From Pseudobacteriovorax sp. (GTDB lineage Bacteria > Bdellovibrionota_B > Oligoflexia > Oligoflexales > Oligoflexaceae), in contig JBNKNM010000033.1 in NCBI GenBank assembly GCA_050293845.1, positions 1 to 38,874 of the forward strand: a stretch of DNA of 38,874 bases, in the 5' to 3' direction. The notes beneath the pieces are model-generated. The model ran no database searches. It had not been told where the DNA came from and saw only the letters and a program-made list of their open reading frames with translations. Positions within the stretch are counted from its first letter, which is position 1, and each line of letters begins with the position of its first letter. Below are positions 1-9,045 of the stretch, piece by piece. The translations under genes and the position numbers were made by a program.

Positions 1-1285
1 AAAGGAATGAACTCAATTGATTCATAGAGTTCATGAGCGGAACGGGTGTAAGCTTGAGTAGGACAACAAAAACCATCATCTCCGCAAAAATAGTTGTAAT
101 ACTAGCTCCAACCCCTCCTCCCCCCGCGTGCCAATAATCGACTCCCCAAGGAATCATAAAGAAGTTCATGACTGTATTAAGTAGAAGACTCGCCATAGTA
201 GTTAACACCAAAGCTTTACCACTACTAATAAGGTTTAGTAGTATTGATAAAAAAACATTCATATAGGTAAATAACAAAACAGGGGCCAGTAACATTACTG
301 CTCTTGATGCTGGCAAAAAGTCTTTTCCAAAAAGCAAGAGTACAAATTCATTAGCAAAAGAACACATAATGAGTGCCAAGAGCCACGAGGCGAATATGAG
401 TACGCTATAGATATTAGCGGAAAAGCTAAAAAACTGAGAGCGTTCACCAGCATAAACTTTAGACAATAGCGGCATAATCACTGACTGTAGCAGTGGTACT
501 ACCATCATGAATATACCTTTAAGTTGCTGAGATGCTCCGTACCATCCCACTTCTTTGAGATTAGCAAGTCGCTCAAGCATAGCAACATCTATGTTTCCAT
601 AGAATGAAAGAAGGGCACTGTTGATAAAAAAAGGCAAGCCAATGGTTAAAAATTCACGACAGTGTTGAAAAGAAAATACACCTTCAAACCAGCCTAATGC
701 AATAGATTTTATGATATAAGCTAGCAGTGTTACAAGCTGTGTTACCAGAAAAAAAATAGCTGCCACAAGTAATTCCGGCCATATAAATAGACCGATACAC
801 ACTGCAAAAACCTGTAAAATCTTATGAATAATATCCATGCGACTGACAAAGTTTATTTCTTCGGCCGCTATAAATGTAGGTTTAAAAATATCGGTTATTA
901 AAAAGTTAAAAAACTGAAAGCCCCCAACTAATAGAATTACCCATAGACGCTGTCCTACAAAACCAAGGATATAGCTGTAACACCACAGCATCAACCAAAG
1001 AAAACAGCCATAGACGATCATAAAACTAAATATAGAGCGGAAAATTTCTTTTGGTTTTTCCGGGTTTGGTGGGATAACTCGATTGATATAGGTATGAATT
1101 CCCAGAGGAAGAAAGGTAAAAAATATATAGCTCAAGCTATCTGCATAATAAAATACTCCGATGCTCTCGACCCCTAACACTCTTGGCATATAAGCTTTTA
1201 AAATTACTCCAATACCCATAGAAACAACCAATGAGAACCCCAGCTTACTCAAATTGGTAACTAACAAACGGTATATCGATGGCAT
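1..1285 (-). CDS. wzx: Wzx-family polysaccharide flippase; 3' end runs off the window edge, absent from the ORF track
   Basis: Read manually from ATG at 1285: MPSIYRLLVTNLSKLGFSLVVSMGIGVILKAYMPRVLGVESIGVFYYADS. The RxLGxExxG motif is typical of flippases. Highly hydrophobic; later VAMLERLANLKEVGWYGASQQL segment; AAAGGG RBS-like site upstream. Confidence 0.85.
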   Translation of the reverse strand, partial: MPSIYRLLVTNLSKLGFSLVVSMGIGVILKAYMPRVLGVESIGVFYYADSLSYIFFTFLPLGIHTYINRVIPPNPEKPKEIFRSIFSFMIVYGCFLWLMLWCYSYILGFVGQRLWVILLVGGFQFFNFLITDIFKPTFIAAEEINFVSRMDIIHKILQVFAVCIGLFIWPELLVAAIFFLVTQLVTLLAYIIKSIALGWFEGVFSFQHCREFLTIGLPFFINSALLSFYGNIDVAMLERLANLKEVGWYGASQQLKGIFMMVVPLLQSVIMPLLSKVYAGERSQFFSFSANIYSVLIFASWLLALIMCSFANEFVLLLFGKDFLPASRAVMLLAPVLLFTYMNVFLSILLNLISSGKALVLTTMASLLLNTVMNFFMIPWGVDYWHAGGGGVGASITTIFAEMMVFVVLLKLTPVPLMNSMNQLSSFL

Positions 1286-1376
1286 ATAGACCCTTTATAA
1301 TTTTTTGCTTTGTTCTTTAAGTTTACGGGTAATATTAATAAAATCTACCTACGACTTTTGAAACAAGGAAAACATC

Positions 1377-2909
1377 TTGCGATATTTTGCTCTATTAATT
1401 TTTTTGCTGTTTATTGATAGCAAGGCTCTATCGAGTTCACTTTGTAATCAAAGCGATCTCATTCAATATATTAATACATCTCAAAAGTTAGATCGCAGCA
1501 CATCACCCCTTGCTTTCGAATTAATCAAGTGTCAAAGCCATAGCATAAAAATGCAAGCTGCTTTTTGGGGCGTATTTTATTTCGAAAGTATCAAAAAAAC
1601 CTCTTATGCTGTAGAGCTTATTAACAGAGCATTCCCCTATCAAAAAGGTTTAACCGGAAAGCCAGCCATTATATTACGAGCTCAGCGTGGTGATTGGATG
1701 CCACTCAAAACCAAGATAGATCAATCAGATCCCGAATATCTGACGGACCTAGAAGCTCATCTTGTTCTGGCACGCAGCTTGGTGTTTGATCGACAGTTTT
1801 CTGAGGCTTTAAAGATCTATGAACAATACTTGCAACAGAAACCAAATGATGATTCTATTGATGCTGAATACCTATTTACCCTCATCTGGGCCAAAGACTA
1901 TGACGGTGCTGAAGCAAGAGCTGTACAACTAAGAAAGTACAGGATTGGAAAGAGGTTAACCCAGTCATTAGACAATGCAGAAAACCTTATATTTCGACTT
2001 CGTCAAAATCGAAAAGATATCTTCAACACCGACACAAGAGACTATATGTTCACAGGGCAATTAGCAGCTCAATTTAAAAGTAAAAATTACTCTTCAGGTT
2101 CATTTATCCAAACCACTAGTATCCATTTTTACAACCGTATTAATGGAGAACTAGCCATTCATCGCTTAAAGTCATATCAAGACAGCAAGATTCAAGATGG
2201 TTTAGAAATTAAAATTCATGGCAGATCTGGTGTTTCTGGACTCCAGCTCAGTGGTGGTGCTGGCTTTCTTTCCCTTGAAGAAGAAGCCATTTTTGGTCGT
2301 TTGCAACTAGCTTTTTTACAAAAAATCTTATCTTTTGGCCTTTCTATTGAAAGATATCCTTTAAGTCTTATTTACCCCTTACCCCATAATCAGTCCGATC
2401 ATATGACAGACAGTATTACCATTGAAGGAAATCTATTTCAAATTATAGACTACAGTACTATTTTTGCTAGGGAAGAGGATAAAAGCTCATATCAACACCA
2501 CAAGATTCAGTTATCTCTACCCATAATCTCTCAAGGTTTTGCTCAAAGTTTATCGGTTATTTTTCCTTTGAAATATTTCTCTCACCCTAAAGAAAACGTT
2601 TACTACCAAACTTCACCGCAATATGCATATGGTGCATTAGGTTTAAAGTATACTTCATCAATATCTTCAGCCATAGATCTAGCAGCTAGAGTCGAGTCAG
2701 GTTTGACCTATCTTAATAGCTATGAGACCCCAAAGAAGTATGAAAAACTGTTAAACTCTGCTATTCAGCTATCCATCATATATAACACTCATGAGAATTT
2801 TAAATGGTTTCTCAATTTCAAAGCTTTAGATACTGAAGAGCAAGAATATAACTTTTTCTTACAGAATTATACTCAATTTTCAGTCGCCCTTGCCTATGAT
2901 ATCGACTAA
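1377..2909 (+). CDS. Secreted TPR-repeat protein with a probable C-terminal outer-membrane beta-barrel
   Basis: Signal peptide, TTG start with AAGGA RBS, TPR-like helices (EAHLVLARSLVFDRQFSEALKIYEQYLQQKPND). Alternating beta-strand pattern after about aa 220, ending QFSVALAYDID. Confidence 0.65.
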   Translation: MRYFALLIFLLFIDSKALSSSLCNQSDLIQYINTSQKLDRSTSPLAFELIKCQSHSIKMQAAFWGVFYFESIKKTSYAVELINRAFPYQKGLTGKPAIILRAQRGDWMPLKTKIDQSDPEYLTDLEAHLVLARSLVFDRQFSEALKIYEQYLQQKPNDDSIDAEYLFTLIWAKDYDGAEARAVQLRKYRIGKRLTQSLDNAENLIFRLRQNRKDIFNTDTRDYMFTGQLAAQFKSKNYSSGSFIQTTSIHFYNRINGELAIHRLKSYQDSKIQDGLEIKIHGRSGVSGLQLSGGAGFLSLEEEAIFGRLQLAFLQKILSFGLSIERYPLSLIYPLPHNQSDHMTDSITIEGNLFQIIDYSTIFAREEDKSSYQHHKIQLSLPIISQGFAQSLSVIFPLKYFSHPKENVYYQTSPQYAYGALGLKYTSSISSAIDLAARVESGLTYLNSYETPKKYEKLLNSAIQLSIIYNTHENFKWFLNFKALDTEEQEYNFFLQNYTQFSVALAYDID

Positions 2910-2935
2910 GTACAATTTCTTTAGAAATAGAAGGA

Positions 2936-3550
2936 ATGATTATGAATGGCTCACTACTAAACTTTATTGTTATTTTAAGCTACCTGACATGGACTAACTC
3001 ATGTTGGCATCGCATTCCTGCCATTGATCTATCCTTATTAAAATCAGGGCAAACGTTTGATCGTCAGGGAAGCTTTCGTATAGGGCCGGGAGATGAGCTG
3101 AACGTGTTGGTGTACGGTGAAGATAAACTTTCGGGTACTTTTAGAGTTTCACCCACAGGGTTTCTGTCTATTCCTCTTTTACCCACTTTGCAAGTAAAAG
3201 GTCTTACCCCATCTCAACTGGGATATAAGTTAAAAAATGCTCTTAGAAAACTCATAAAAGCTCCCAAAGTAAGCGTATCTTTAACAGGAGTCAGAAGCTT
3301 TCAAGTATACTTTGCCGGTGAAGTTCAAAGAATTGGTTCGATCAATCTTACCAGTGAAACTAATTTTCTCCAGGCCATCACCTTAGCCGGAGGTTTGACA
3401 GAGTTTGCTTCCGGCAGAATTGTTTTGATTCGGAAAATTGGAACCAACAAAACCCAAAGATATGCCACGACCTACAAGGAAGTACTGTCTGGAAAAAATT
3501 TCTTAGATCAGGTGACTCTAGAATCTGGCGATATCATCATCGCGGAATAA
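2936..3550 (+). CDS. wza: Short OPX/Wza-family polysaccharide export lipoprotein (Poly_export plus one SLBB domain)
   Basis: Poly_export signature FRIGPGDELNVLVYG...VSPTGFLSIPLL, SLBB motif FLQAITLAGG, lipobox-like TNSC. Ends at LESGDIIIAE with no C-terminal helix. Confidence 0.9.
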   Translation: MIMNGSLLNFIVILSYLTWTNSCWHRIPAIDLSLLKSGQTFDRQGSFRIGPGDELNVLVYGEDKLSGTFRVSPTGFLSIPLLPTLQVKGLTPSQLGYKLKNALRKLIKAPKVSVSLTGVRSFQVYFAGEVQRIGSINLTSETNFLQAITLAGGLTEFASGRIVLIRKIGTNKTQRYATTYKEVLSGKNFLDQVTLESGDIIIAE

Positions 3551-3551
3551 C

Positions 3552-3578
3552 TTAATATTTACGTTAGTTTTCCGATAT
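3552..3578 (+). promoter_or_regulatory. Putative sigma28 (FliA) promoter upstream of the wzc-like gene
   Basis: TTAA-N15-TCCGATAT versus consensus TAAA-N15-GCCGATAA. Confidence 0.45.
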
Positions 3579-3630
3579 CGAGTGATGCGAATTTAATAAA
3601 TTCATCTATCGAAACGTCGCGAGGAAGATA

Positions 3631-5592
3631 TTGGATATATTTCCACCTTTGAGGTATTTTTGGAAAACTTTTAAGCGCCACCTTCTCTGGATTCTTTTAA
3701 CAACTACACCTGTTACTGTGTTAATTGCTATTGGTATAAAAAACATAAGCCTGGAATACCAGTCAAGATCGACTACAATATTTGATCCTCGTGATAGTGC
3801 TATTCCTTCAAGATTGGGTCAATACCCTGATTTTAGCCAAATAGGAAGCGTTTTCCTTGCTCTAAAAACCGATACGGACATCCTTGATCAAATTGCGGCT
3901 GAAGCTAGCTTTCTCATTCCTATATTTAAAGGTATCGCAAAGCCTTCTTATCAAACATTTTTGGCTTCAGTATTACCATCTGAAATTGTTCCTAATTCAT
4001 GGTTACTTGACGGGCAATTTTATCGACAAATGGTTATCAGAAATATAATTGCAGAATCAATGGAGCTACAAATCTTTCCTGTAAGATATGAATTGTCATT
4101 AACGACCAAATCAGTAAACCCTTTAGATGCTAAGCTTTTGAATGAGCTCATTATGAATATTTTTGTTGAGAATCAAATGCAGCAATATTTAGATCTTATC
4201 GATGCAAATCTAAAAACTTTTGAGACTTATCATGAAAGCGAAAAAATTAAAGTCGATGGTTTAGCTGAGTTGTTTAATCTTTATGATAAAAATTTTGGAA
4301 AAAAAACTGTAAATCTAAGTAGTAAGCAAAAGAAAAGCCTAAAAGATAGGGAACGTAACCTAATTACAAAGATACTGTCAACACAGGCTGAACAGGAACA
4401 AACTTTAGCTGCTGAAGTACAAAGAAAACTGGCTCTTGAAGCCGATCTTTCCCGGTTGTTGACTCAAAAAGGCCCCACACACCCTGAAGTGATGCAAAAG
4501 TCTCAGGAACTAAGAAAAGTCAGAACTAGCCAAGCTCATAGCATTATTAAGAATAAGCTCAATAGACAAACCCGAAGCCTCATTGAACTCCAGGCTCGTA
4601 TGAAACATGCCAATATCCCCATAGACACATCACTACAACTTAGGAATTTAACTGAAGAAAGTCAATTTTTTCTGAATCGTCTTGAGCAAACGGTAAAAGA
4701 ACACAAACTCGAAGTGACAAATATTAGAAGGCAGTTGCAAAATCCCACATCCCGCACTCGATTTCGATTTTCAGTACCTCCGAGTTTTGAATTAGGCCTG
4801 TCCAATAAAAAAAATATTATTCAAATTGGTGCGATTGCAAGCTTTTTGCTCATAGGTACCGCTATAGGCACAGTGCTTATCCGGGAATTTAGATCACCCT
4901 TTTATTGGGATGGATGGAAGTATCAGCTTGCCCATAAGCAAGCTGATATCCTTGCTGAAATCAATGGCAAAGAACTGACTAAAATGGCAAAACTTAGTAC
5001 TTCTCAAATGAAAGAACTGTTAACAGAAGCAGATCCCAAAACATCTCGCCAGACAATGAATCTGCAACGTTTGCGAAGAGCTTTCACGAACTTTGACCAA
5101 CAGAAAATCAAAAGTCTCTATATTTCGACGATGGGTTCTGCTAAATCCTTTACTGAAATAGGCAGTCTACTGGGAAGGCTTGGTGGTATATCGGGAAATT
5201 GTGTCCTTATCGATTTGAATCCATTGCAACCTGTATTTCCATCCCATGCCACACGAGATTTACTGGACTTCCTTCAAGGCAAATGTAAATGGCGTGATGT
5301 AAAAGTCAAGTTTTCTACTCCCCAGCCATTCGATTTAGTATGTGCAAGGAAACCTTTGGAAAGTCGTTTTTTGATGAAAGATAGTTTTAAAAACCTGATC
5401 CATACCTTAGGCAATCAATATGATAGAGTCATCATCTGGGGTTTACCTGGTCCCCTTTTCGTTGAACACGCCATTGCAGCTTCCTATGTGGACATTTGGG
5501 TGGAGCTATTGGATTTGACCACGACGCACCGATCTGCTTTAGAGTACCCAAATCATATAAAAAATCACAGAGCCATCCTCATTACTGACTAG
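3631..5592 (+). CDS. Polysaccharide co-polymerase (Wzc/GumC-like) with a degenerate BY-kinase domain
   Basis: Two TM helices flanking a coiled coil with GPTHPEV (the usual xxxHPxV motif). C-terminal domain has degenerate Walker motifs (ISTMGSAKSFT, VLIDLN, YDRVIIWGLP). Confidence 0.85.
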   Translation: MDIFPPLRYFWKTFKRHLLWILLTTTPVTVLIAIGIKNISLEYQSRSTTIFDPRDSAIPSRLGQYPDFSQIGSVFLALKTDTDILDQIAAEASFLIPIFKGIAKPSYQTFLASVLPSEIVPNSWLLDGQFYRQMVIRNIIAESMELQIFPVRYELSLTTKSVNPLDAKLLNELIMNIFVENQMQQYLDLIDANLKTFETYHESEKIKVDGLAELFNLYDKNFGKKTVNLSSKQKKSLKDRERNLITKILSTQAEQEQTLAAEVQRKLALEADLSRLLTQKGPTHPEVMQKSQELRKVRTSQAHSIIKNKLNRQTRSLIELQARMKHANIPIDTSLQLRNLTEESQFFLNRLEQTVKEHKLEVTNIRRQLQNPTSRTRFRFSVPPSFELGLSNKKNIIQIGAIASFLLIGTAIGTVLIREFRSPFYWDGWKYQLAHKQADILAEINGKELTKMAKLSTSQMKELLTEADPKTSRQTMNLQRLRRAFTNFDQQKIKSLYISTMGSAKSFTEIGSLLGRLGGISGNCVLIDLNPLQPVFPSHATRDLLDFLQGKCKWRDVKVKFSTPQPFDLVCARKPLESRFLMKDSFKNLIHTLGNQYDRVIIWGLPGPLFVEHAIAASYVDIWVELLDLTTTHRSALEYPNHIKNHRAILITD

Positions 5593-5764
5593 GACCTACT
5601 TGGAATAAAGCAGGGATCTCGCTCAATATCAGGCCAAGCACTGTAAAGACAAAGACATAACACAAATAGATTAACATGATTTCACCTAGCGTGAATTGGG
5701 ATGACCTTTTACGCCCCCAAAGACAAGCCGTAACTAAAAATAGAAATAATGGTAGCGAAGCCAC
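5582..5764 (-). CDS. Small two-TM membrane protein, last gene of the GT-wzy unit
   Basis: GTG start with AGGAG RBS 8 nt upstream, 18 nt after the wzy stop. Two hydrophobic segments separated by GRKR. Confidence 0.6.
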   Translation of the reverse strand: MASLPLFLFLVTACLWGRKRSSQFTLGEIMLIYLCYVFVFTVLGLILSEIPALFQVGPSQ

Positions 5765-5782
5765 AGCTACTCTCCTATAACA

Positions 5783-7207
5783 TTAAGACTGTCTTAAACA
5801 ACGATATCCAGCCCCCAGCAATAAACCCGCAAATAGTTGATTTCGAGGAATTTGAAATGCTAAATCCGCATAGGTAAAAGCCAAATATTGGGTAAAAAAC
5901 ACCAACATTGGGAGCCCCCAAAAATACCTTTGAAAGCTTATTAACTTCGTACAAATCGCTAAGATATAAGTAAACATCAAACCCATGGCTGCTATAGTTA
6001 GCGGCCCGCCATAAGCCCAAGAAGCGAGCATCAGATTATGGGGTATCATACGATAGCGATCATAAACTGCACTAATATCTGGCATGGGAAATACTTCTAG
6101 AAATTCTTTACCCGTCCCTAAGCCTGTAAGCGGTTGCGATGCAACGGCAAATAATAAATTGGCATTCTCTAGATCTCTATAACTCGGAGCTTCTTGCCCC
6201 CTTTCAGTGACAACCGAAAGGACGGTCTCCCTAAAAAATCCGTACGAACCTGGCCCCATAAATCCCAGCAATAGTAAGGGAGATAGTATCAGAAAAACTA
6301 AAGCCAAAGCTTTCCGGTTCCGTAGAAACCAATTCCATGGCAGGGACAGTAAAAAAACTGCAAGACCCAAAAACATCGCCACATAAGCTGTTCGTCTATC
6401 GTTCAAAACAAATGCCCAAATAACCGGAACTTGGCTTAACAATACAACTAGTTTCAACCAATGGGGTAGATCTTTTTTTTCTATGAGCCAAACCACTACA
6501 ATCGACAGCGAAAAAACACAAAATATTGAAAAATAATGGTCTACTAAGTACTCTGCCTCACTAAACATTGAATAGTTTGAATAGTAAATAAATACAGCTT
6601 GCATTGACTTCAAAACCATAGCAAGCACTGTAAAACCATATAAAAATTTTAAACTTCTCTGATCTAGATATGCTAAACCTATTAGTGAACTTATCGGAAG
6701 AATATGGGCGAATCGCCTCTGGATAAGATGGGTTTGCCAATCACCTCCCGTCGCCAAACCAACCCCCATTGAATAAAACGACACTAAAAAAAAGGCAGAA
6801 CTGACCAATAACAAAGGCCATACTTGCATGACTTCCAGTGGTAACTGCTGTGTAATTAGTTTGTAGCAAGCAACCATACCTAAAGCGACAATAATAAACT
6901 CAATACCTGTAATACCAAAAGACTCATAAAAAGTACTGCCTAACACCTCTGTAAAAGCTTCATAGTTGCGGCCCCAGGCAACCTGTGAAATATCATCGAT
7001 AATTAAGCCCCAGAAACAAATAAATACAATCGTTATACCAGGTGATATACCCAATATAACTGTTCTTAATAGTGAAATAGCAAGACAAACCCCAAGGGGT
7101 AGTGCTGACAAAATGCTATCGGGATTCTTAATGAACAGTACCCCTGATAGAATAGAGCTTAAACAGAACATTGCCAGTAAAGCGTATTCCTTAAATATGT
7201 TTGTCAT
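5783..7207 (-). CDS. O-antigen ligase/Wzy polymerase family membrane protein
   Basis: About 12 TM segments; LNDRRTAYVA (SR-like), PLTGLGTG and PHN motifs of the Wzy_C/WaaL family. Confidence 0.85.
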   Translation of the reverse strand: MTNIFKEYALLAMFCLSSILSGVLFIKNPDSILSALPLGVCLAISLLRTVILGISPGITIVFICFWGLIIDDISQVAWGRNYEAFTEVLGSTFYESFGITGIEFIIVALGMVACYKLITQQLPLEVMQVWPLLLVSSAFFLVSFYSMGVGLATGGDWQTHLIQRRFAHILPISSLIGLAYLDQRSLKFLYGFTVLAMVLKSMQAVFIYYSNYSMFSEAEYLVDHYFSIFCVFSLSIVVVWLIEKKDLPHWLKLVVLLSQVPVIWAFVLNDRRTAYVAMFLGLAVFLLSLPWNWFLRNRKALALVFLILSPLLLLGFMGPGSYGFFRETVLSVVTERGQEAPSYRDLENANLLFAVASQPLTGLGTGKEFLEVFPMPDISAVYDRYRMIPHNLMLASWAYGGPLTIAAMGLMFTYILAICTKLISFQRYFWGLPMLVFFTQYLAFTYADLAFQIPRNQLFAGLLLGAGYRCLRQS

Positions 7208-8438
7208 CTACTATCTCCCGATATATAGCCTCGATATGTTCGGCTTTTTTTTCCCAGGTGTAATAGTTCTGAATTCGCTGTACTGCAGCTTCGGCTTTTT
7301 CAGCAAGAATATGACGATTATTAATCAAGACTTTTATGATGGACTGTATATCTTCTACCGTTTTTTGCTCATTAGCTATAGGCAGGCGATAACCTGAAGC
7401 TTCATCAACAATTTCCCCAGGTCCACCATAATTCATTACAATGGGGACTAAACCTTTGGCCATACACTCTATGACAACCCCACCTCCAAATTCCTTGATG
7501 GATGGGAAGACAAGTACATCATAGTTTTCCAATTGCTGAACCAACTGTGCTTGGGAAGATATCCAACCATGGAAACGACAAAACTGATGGTGGTATTTTT
7601 TTTCGATGCCTTCACGCTCAGTTCCATCACCAAAAAAATCTAGAGTTATTTGACCCTCTAAAATAAATGGCCAACAAGCCTGCGCCACAAGATGGGGACA
7701 TTTTAAAGCAACCATCCGACCGACAAACACACATCTCAATTTTTCTTCATATGATTTTGCCTTCAGATCTATAATACGTTCATATTCAATACCATTTTCT
7801 GGAGCATATCTGCATTTATACGCATATTTTTGAGGTATTTCTTTTTGAATGAAATGAGAACCGCATAGGATACGCTCGGCACAGGATCTTGTCACCCATA
7901 TAAACAGGTCGTATTTGTACAACCATCTAATATTTGCCAATACACTTTTTTCTGACGTATCATAGCCTTTCGGCCAAGGAAGGCCTCCATTTAATGGGCC
8001 TATAATAAAAGGAATTCTCAACAATTTACAAATTATAGCTATAGGACTTGCTAGAATAGGGCTTACGGGAGTTATCCTATGTACAAGTTGCCAGCTGTAC
8101 TTTTTATAGTTGCGGAGAAAAAATAGAATAACCTTGCATTCAAACAAAAAATAGAAAGGAATTTTTATAAAAGTGATACTTGCACTCGCATATTCTCCAG
8201 CGAATATATTTTTTATAATCCACTGATACAACGCATCGGCTATTCTATTTCTTACATAAAAGCTTTGAAATTGTTTTCCAGATTCTTCTATATTCTCTCG
8301 GTTATACTCATGGGTCACTAAGGAAAGGTCACAGACTTTAGATAGATTTTCTACATGTTTCCATCCGACGAGGGGCACACTTGCCCAGTTGGGATTGCAC
8401 AACTCAGCAATAGCAAGAACCTTCAGCTTTTCCCTCAC
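7191..8438 (-). CDS. Glycosyltransferase family 4 (GT-B fold)
   Basis: FVGRMVALKC and VFPSIKEFGGGVVIECMAKG (EX7E motif). Confidence 0.92.
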   Translation of the reverse strand: MREKLKVLAIAELCNPNWASVPLVGWKHVENLSKVCDLSLVTHEYNRENIEESGKQFQSFYVRNRIADALYQWIIKNIFAGEYASASITFIKIPFYFLFECKVILFFLRNYKKYSWQLVHRITPVSPILASPIAIICKLLRIPFIIGPLNGGLPWPKGYDTSEKSVLANIRWLYKYDLFIWVTRSCAERILCGSHFIQKEIPQKYAYKCRYAPENGIEYERIIDLKAKSYEEKLRCVFVGRMVALKCPHLVAQACWPFILEGQITLDFFGDGTEREGIEKKYHHQFCRFHGWISSQAQLVQQLENYDVLVFPSIKEFGGGVVIECMAKGLVPIVMNYGGPGEIVDEASGYRLPIANEQKTVEDIQSIIKVLINNRHILAEKAEAAVQRIQNYYTWEKKAEHIEAIYREIVDDKHI

Positions 8439-8490
8439 AGCAGGCCCCCCATGTGGATATAGGCTTTATTTTAGCTGTAAAGAACCCTAA

Positions 8491-8660
8491 GAGCAATGAA
8501 TGCCCAGGTATTTAAAACTTTCAGGTATTCTCAAAGAGCCGGAAAAATAGGTTGGCTCGGCAGCTCCAGTACCTAACATCACAGGATGGTAGAGAGTTAA
8601 AAACTCTCTACCCCTGAATGAACACGCTTGCCTTAACGGCACCTCAACACTGTCCTGCCC
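8491..8660 (-). promoter_or_regulatory. Structured 5' leader or candidate ncRNA upstream of the GT-wzy operon, with a JUMPstart-like segment
   Basis: Perfect 11-bp hairpin at 8588-8612 plus further stems. CAGTGTTGAGGTGCCGTTAAGGCAAGCGTG at 8652-8623. TTGTAT-N18-CATAAT immediately upstream. Confidence 0.35.
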
Positions 8661-9045
8661 ACATTTATTATGATAAACCTTTGTCTTATAATACAAGTCG
8701 TTTTAAAATTGATCCACCTTGGTGATAAGTTTCACCCCCAAAATTAACACCATGGAGATTTTATTTTTAGATACTTATATTTTCATTAGGCTTAATCTCA
8801 ACTTTTAGTAGCCTTCGCCCCCATGCTGGCCCCCCCCTATTCTTGGGCCATGACAAATGATAATTATTTAATTTTATTAAATAATTTCGTATTTTATCCA
8901 TAGCTCAGTCCCAAGTCAATCCTGGGACATTATTTTCTTTAATATATATAAGTTTCGTACCTTCATTTTCAGACTCGCGAGTGCATGTTCCTTTTTACCC
9001 TTACACCTCCTATAATGATGTCATCCAAGCGATAAAGGAAAACTC

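Noticed and set aside
6966..7397. 143-aa plus-strand ORF and other shadow ORFs antisense to greB, serA, fliC, hbd, pepA and the kinase
   Set aside because: They lie opposite well-supported genes and have no motifs or RBS.
8491..8660. Lysine riboswitch or 6S RNA identity
   Set aside because: Only scattered words match (GAGGTGC, GCCGA); the lysine-riboswitch 3' motifs and 6S consensus blocks are not evident, and the gene context does not fit.
8487..8696. 69-aa minus-strand ORF
   Set aside because: TTG start without an RBS, overlaps the predicted promoter and hairpins, no protein motif; better explained as leader RNA.
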